Source: Candidatus Omnitrophota bacterium (GTDB taxonomy: Bacteria > Omnitrophota > Gorgyraeia > Duberdicusellales > 4484-171). Taken from it: 64,000 nucleotides of DNA. Numbering within the stretch: the stretch's first letter is position 1; the number at the start of each line of letters is the position of its first letter. The DNA lies in assembly GCA_037146775.1 (NCBI GenBank), contig JBAWWL010000002.1, positions 134,554-198,553 on the forward strand. The letters run 5' to 3'. A model generated the notes under the pieces. It saw only the letters and a program-made list of their open reading frames with translations, was not told the DNA's origin and did no database searches. The translations under genes and the position numbers were made by a program. Of this stretch, positions 59,633 to 64,000 are shown in pieces.

Positions 59633-60703
59633 ATGTCTGAAATCAAAAGTACTGTAAAACTTCCATTCTTTGAGAGGTATCTTTCTTTTTGGGTTATTCT
59701 TTGTATCATCGCTGGGGTAATTATTGGAAAAATATTTCCTGTGGGAGTAAATTTCTTAAGTAAACTAGAAGTGTCTCAGGTGAATATTCCGGTTGCGGTC
59801 CTTATCTGGTTGATGATTTATCCTATGATGGTGCAGATTGATTTCTCTAGTATTGTAAGGGCAGGGAAAAAACCCAAGGGATTAGTAGTAACATTAGTTG
59901 TAAATTGGTTGATCAAGCCGTTTACTATGGCGGTATTTGCAGCAATATTCTTAAAGTATATATTCGCCGCTTTTATCAGTCCCGCTTTAGCCAAAGAATA
60001 TATTGCCGGCGCTATACTTTTAGGAGCTGCGCCTTGTACAGCCATGGTTTTTGTATGGAGCTATTTAACCAAAGGAGATCCTGCTTATACCCTGGTTCAG
60101 GTGGCAGTAAATGATCTGGTAATATTAGTAGCTTTTGTTCCTATTGTTAAATTCCTGTTGGGCGTAAATCAAATTATTGTGCCCTATGATACCTTAATCT
60201 ATTCCACTATCTTTTTTGTTGTTATCCCGCTTGTAGGCGGGTATGTTTCTAGGGTGTATCTATTGAAGATGAAAGGGGCAGATTGGTTTGAAAACGTATT
60301 TTTAAAAATGCTTAAACCGGTAACAATTTTAGGGTTATTATTGACTTTAATTATTCTTTTTGCTTTTCAAGGGAATATAATACTCGGGAATCCCCTTCAT
60401 ATATTATTAATAGCTATTCCTCTGACAATACAGACATATTTTATTTTTTTCATAGGTTATTTATGGTCTAGGAAATGGCGTTTAGCTCATTCTATTGCTG
60501 CTCCTGCGGGAATGATTGGCGCAAGCAACTTCTTTGAGCTATCCGTAGCTGTGGCAATTTCTTTATTTGGGCTAAAGAGCGGAGCAGCACTTGTTACTGT
60601 AGTAGGCGTCCTTACTGAAGTGCCAATAATGCTGAGTCTGGTTTATTTTTCCAATAGAACGCGACATTGGTTTGAGCCGGAGAAGAAAATAATCCCCAAG
60701 TAG
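59633..60703 (+). CDS. acr3: ACR3-family arsenite efflux transporter
   Basis: NWLIKPF, AAPCTAMVFVW, GASNFFELSVA and EVP motifs. Confidence 0.96.
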   Translation: MSEIKSTVKLPFFERYLSFWVILCIIAGVIIGKIFPVGVNFLSKLEVSQVNIPVAVLIWLMIYPMMVQIDFSSIVRAGKKPKGLVVTLVVNWLIKPFTMAVFAAIFLKYIFAAFISPALAKEYIAGAILLGAAPCTAMVFVWSYLTKGDPAYTLVQVAVNDLVILVAFVPIVKFLLGVNQIIVPYDTLIYSTIFFVVIPLVGGYVSRVYLLKMKGADWFENVFLKMLKPVTILGLLLTLIILFAFQGNIILGNPLHILLIAIPLTIQTYFIFFIGYLWSRKWRLAHSIAAPAGMIGASNFFELSVAVAISLFGLKSGAALVTVVGVLTEVPIMLSLVYFSNRTRHWFEPEKKIIPK

Positions 60704-60728
60704 AATAATAATTTGAATGGAGCCGTTA

Positions 60729-61160
60729 ATGAGTAAAAAACGGATTTTATTTGTTTGTGTTCATAATCCAGCGCGAAGCCAGATGGCAGAGACTTTTCTT
60801 AAGAAACAGGGCAATAATCGCCTTGAAGTAGAAAGCGCAGGCCTTGAGCCAGGCGAACTTAATTCTTTAGCTATTGAAGTAATGAAGGAAGTCGGTATTG
60901 ATATTTCTCAAAATAAAACTAAAAGTGCTTTTGATTTTTATAAACAGGGAAAACAATATGATTATGTGATTACTGTTTGCTCGCAGTCTGAAGGTAAGGT
61001 TTGTCCGGTATTTCCCGGTAAGGCCGAAAAGCTTCGCTGGGGCTTTGATGATCCTTCAAGCTTCACGGGAATACAGCAATAACGTTTACAAAAGACACGC
61101 GAAGTACGCGACGGGATTCTAGAAACTATTCAGGAGTGGATGAAAAACTTCAAAATTTAA
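60729..61160 (+). pseudogene. arsC: arsenate reductase (thioredoxin-coupled, LMW-PTP fold) with an in-frame stop
   Basis: CVHNPARSQMAE, ITVC..CP and DDP motifs; TAA at 61080-61082 precedes in-frame RLQKTREVRDGI..KI*. Confidence 0.8.
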
Positions 61161-61380
61161 CCGGCCAAATTTACAACCGCATAGGTTTTATATTTTTTCA
61201 TAAAACGGATAAAGCATTAGTATGATAGTAATCCGTGTCTTATTTAAATTCCTTGAAGGTAAAGGGCTTGAGGGTATAATATCACTGAGGAAATCATTGA
61301 AAATGATTGATACGGCCGGTTAAATACTCGCGCATATTTTTTCTTCGCACGAAAGATTGTAGAGAAAGGGGGCACGTAAC

Positions 61381-61968
61381 ATGATGGATAATCCCTGGAC
61401 GAAAGTAGAACAGAGGGTGAAGGATTTAAGAGAAATAGGTGTCGTGATTGATACCTGGGATGATGTTTTCTCTGATTTTGACCCCCGTCCGTTGAGCGAA
61501 CGCACCGTGTCGGAAGATTTCCTGGATGAACTAAAGAAGCGGTACAAAGAAACGCGTGCGGGAGATTTTATTATCACTATTTATGCCCCTATTTCGTTAA
61601 AAGACGAAGAGTCGGAGAAGATGGTTACTCACCGGCTCAAGAAACATTTTCATCAGAAGTTTTTGCAAAAGAAAAAGGTTGTTAATTTTATCCGTATCCG
61701 GGGGCTGGTATTTGTTCTCGTCGGTATTTGTTCCTTAACTTTTTTGACTCTAGCGACATATTTCAAATTTTTAAGCGACTTAGCAATCCAAATTGCAGGT
61801 ATTTTCCTTATGCCGCTGGGATGGTTTGGATTCTGGGAAGGACTTTCGAAACTTGTGGACACCTCTCCAGTGGTTGTACGCGACGAGAAATTGTTCGGGA
61901 AGTTATCCAAGGCGGTATACCATTTCAAATATATAGGAGAAGACGAGGACCAAGAGAAAAAACAGTGA
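61381..61968 (+). CDS. conserved hypothetical membrane protein
   Basis: DDVFSDFDPRP..R.VSEDFL; two TM helices; GWFGFWEG. Confidence 0.8.
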   Translation: MMDNPWTKVEQRVKDLREIGVVIDTWDDVFSDFDPRPLSERTVSEDFLDELKKRYKETRAGDFIITIYAPISLKDEESEKMVTHRLKKHFHQKFLQKKKVVNFIRIRGLVFVLVGICSLTFLTLATYFKFLSDLAIQIAGIFLMPLGWFGFWEGLSKLVDTSPVVVRDEKLFGKLSKAVYHFKYIGEDEDQEKKQ

Positions 61969-62038
61969 AACGTCGGATAGATCGCCTTAACCTTGCCCCA
62001 TCGTTACAAGAACCACGCCTGATATTTTTTAGATTTTC

Positions 62039-62749
62039 ATGAATAATACATATGCCGCCCTTAACTATAGCCTTTGTAGCGTATTAGCCTACACTGCAGG
62101 GGGGATCATTTTCTATTTCGAAGCGAAAAGGAAAAAAATGATTTCAGAAAAGTTTCTTTATATTATATTGGCGGCTTTGCTGGGTGGGCTCATCGGTAGC
62201 CGTCTTGGTTCCGCTTTGTTTGTATATCGTGAATTTTATTTTAAAAACCCTTTAATGATTTTTTCTCCTGTTGCAGGCGGAAAGACGGTAGTGGGTGGTT
62301 TAATCGGAGGATATTTTGGAGTAATAACAGCAAAAAGAATTTTTAACATTAATCGTTCTACTGGAGATGTATTTGCTCCCGGGCTTGCCTTAGGCATTGC
62401 TATCGGTAGAATCGGTTGCTTTCTGAATGGCTGTTGTTACGGTACAGTTTCTAACTTGCCATGGTCTATCCGAATAAACGGCCAACTGGTTCATCCTACT
62501 CAAATATACGAATCTTTATTTTGTTTTTTACTTTTTATTTTTTTGTGGGTAATCAGAAGCCGAGTGAGGAAAGAAGGAGATTTATTCAAGATTTTTTTAC
62601 TCATCTATTCATTTTTCAGGTTTTGGATTGAGTTTCTAAGAGGTGATAAAGTTATTTTTATTTTTAGCTTGAGCATAGCCCAGGTTTTATCGGCATCGGT
62701 TTTTTTGCTTCTATCGTTCTATTTTCTAAGACCTAAGAGAGTGGCTTAG
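62039..62749 (+). CDS. prolipoprotein diacylglyceryl transferase (Lgt) family paralog
   Basis: IGRIGCFLNGCCYG, HPTQIYE and RFWIEFLR motifs. Confidence 0.88.
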   Translation: MNNTYAALNYSLCSVLAYTAGGIIFYFEAKRKKMISEKFLYIILAALLGGLIGSRLGSALFVYREFYFKNPLMIFSPVAGGKTVVGGLIGGYFGVITAKRIFNINRSTGDVFAPGLALGIAIGRIGCFLNGCCYGTVSNLPWSIRINGQLVHPTQIYESLFCFLLFIFLWVIRSRVRKEGDLFKIFLLIYSFFRFWIEFLRGDKVIFIFSLSIAQVLSASVFLLLSFYFLRPKRVA

Positions 62750-62764
62750 GATAAGAGGAGGTGT

Positions 62765-63109
62765 GTGATGAGAAAGAAAATTTATGCGAGTAGACGAGAG
62801 AAAATAATTGATTTTTTCTTAGGATGCGCACTTTCGTTTGCTCTTTCTGCCTTGTCCGCCGCGCCCATGGTTCTTGGAATCTTTATGAAGTCCTCCTTGA
62901 GTATGGCGAATTCTTCAGTCGTGAGCATCGTAATTTCTTCGGTCACTTTTCTAGCCACCATGGCCGTTGTAATTTATTTATGCCTGAGACGTCTTTATAT
63001 GGGGATCGGGTTACTGTTTGGATTAGTAGGCATCCCTTTGATACTCTTAGGCACATGTTTTCTGATTTTTAGCGGTGCTTCGATCTTCGGTCCGCTGTTT
63101 AAAAGATAG
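62765..63109 (+). CDS. small membrane protein
   Basis: GAGGAGG RBS; three TM segments; IPLILLGTC. Confidence 0.7.
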   Translation: MMRKKIYASRREKIIDFFLGCALSFALSALSAAPMVLGIFMKSSLSMANSSVVSIVISSVTFLATMAVVIYLCLRRLYMGIGLLFGLVGIPLILLGTCFLIFSGASIFGPLFKR

Positions 63110-63672
63110 TGTTTATGCGTCAAGAAATAGCCATTTTGATATTTAAGTTAATTTGGGGCGGACTTCTTATTATTGCGGTCTTAGCGCAAGCGCGGTTTAA
63201 GGGAAAATTGCTCCATAAGGGAGGAGCCATCACCAACATGCTTGTTGTTGCTCCTTACGCAGTTGTGTTTGGCTGGTTTTCTGTGCGAAACTATGTCGGT
63301 ACTTTTGGGGCAAATATTATTATTCAGGTATGCGGCATGATGATAGCGCTGTGTGGTGTGGCCGGCTATATTGTTTCTATTCTTTATTTACGGCACAACT
63401 GGGCGGTTTCTGCAGCGATAAAAGAAGGCCATGTTTTGGTGAGAAACGGGCCATATGCTTTTGTGCGCCACCCCATGTATTTTTTCATGATTTTAACCGC
63501 ACTTGGATCCGGGCTGCTTATTTCTAATTTCTTAATAATTCTCTATACTCCGGTAATCGCCCTTCTTTATTATCTGAGATCTAAAAAAGAAGAGGAGATG
63601 CTTATAAAAGCTTTGCCTGAGTATGTACAGTACAGTAAAGAAACAAAGATGCTGATTCCGGGGATTTTTTAA
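63109..63672 (+). CDS. isoprenylcysteine carboxylmethyltransferase (ICMT/PEMT) family protein
   Basis: LVRNGPYAFVRHPMY..EEEML..Y..T..LIPG. Confidence 0.9.
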   Translation: MFMRQEIAILIFKLIWGGLLIIAVLAQARFKGKLLHKGGAITNMLVVAPYAVVFGWFSVRNYVGTFGANIIIQVCGMMIALCGVAGYIVSILYLRHNWAVSAAIKEGHVLVRNGPYAFVRHPMYFFMILTALGSGLLISNFLIILYTPVIALLYYLRSKKEEEMLIKALPEYVQYSKETKMLIPGIF

Positions 63673-63687
63673 AAGGAGGGCGAGAAG

Positions 63688-63972
63688 ATGAGTTGGAAAA
63701 AAAGTACTGTGTTGTTGCTTTTGGCTATAATTTTTTTGAATGGGTTAATGTTTTGGGCAGAAGACGGTGGGTGGGTTTGGCTAATTTGTTCTATTTTGAT
63801 TGTGGGGATATTGAGTGAAGGAAAAATATCAAAAAGAATAAGAGAACATGCCGGCGTAAGAAAGATAATAGCTGCTGTTCTTATGGTTTTGGTATTAATA
63901 CCCTTGGTATTTTTTGGTACTTGTTTGCTGGGGCTTGGTGGGTGGTCTCTGAGATCTTTATTTAGGTTGTAA
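63688..63972 (+). CDS. small membrane protein
   Basis: AGGAGG RBS; three TM segments; IPLVFFGTC. Confidence 0.7.
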   Translation: MSWKKSTVLLLLAIIFLNGLMFWAEDGGWVWLICSILIVGILSEGKISKRIREHAGVRKIIAAVLMVLVLIPLVFFGTCLLGLGGWSLRSLFRL

Positions 63973-64000
63973 TCCTGATGGTTTGATTTGTAGACATGGA

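Overview
Bacterial chromosomal window from a diderm organism (lipoproteins, beta-barrels, an autotransporter). An uncultivated PVC-group lineage such as Ca. Omnitrophota is plausible but is only an inference. Every credible gene lies on the + strand. (1) About 1-33.7 kb is an accessory region of unrelated single genes and small operons: beta-carbonic anhydrase, hydrolase, CARDB protein, OM-protein operon, CDF transporter, GNAT, PAS kinase, AsmA, a GT2/TPR-barrel operon, an autotransporter and a GT4/GT43/AsnB/FkbM/GT47 glycan cluster. About 10 of its intergenic gaps carry a degenerate ~100-bp module (TTTCTAA..TTGATA-N17-TATAATTG..GAGAGGTTTTCT hairpin), so the region reads like an integrase-less, promoter-delimited gene-cassette array. 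It also holds mobile-DNA remnants (IS200/IS605-like mini element, RAYT fragment with REP-like repeats, duplicated DUF4239 3' ends). (2) 33.8-49.3 kb is a nitrogen-assimilation locus (alternative sigma factor, amt, PII, putative porin, glnA, GATase, Fis-type HTH, gltBD, PPDK_N-like protein) with two matching GGTTACC-N16-TACTT promoter candidates and four ANTAR-type hairpin/terminator attenuators. (3) pyrG-carA-carB. (4) A DUF134-led arsenic operon with a 28-bp palindromic operator candidate, a GIY-YIG mini element with terminal inverted repeats inserted at an ATGA stop/start overlap, and a nonsense-truncated arsC. (5) An Lgt-like/ICMT-like membrane cluster. No rRNA, tRNA or CRISPR array was seen. 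All family calls come from motif recognition by eye, not from database searches.
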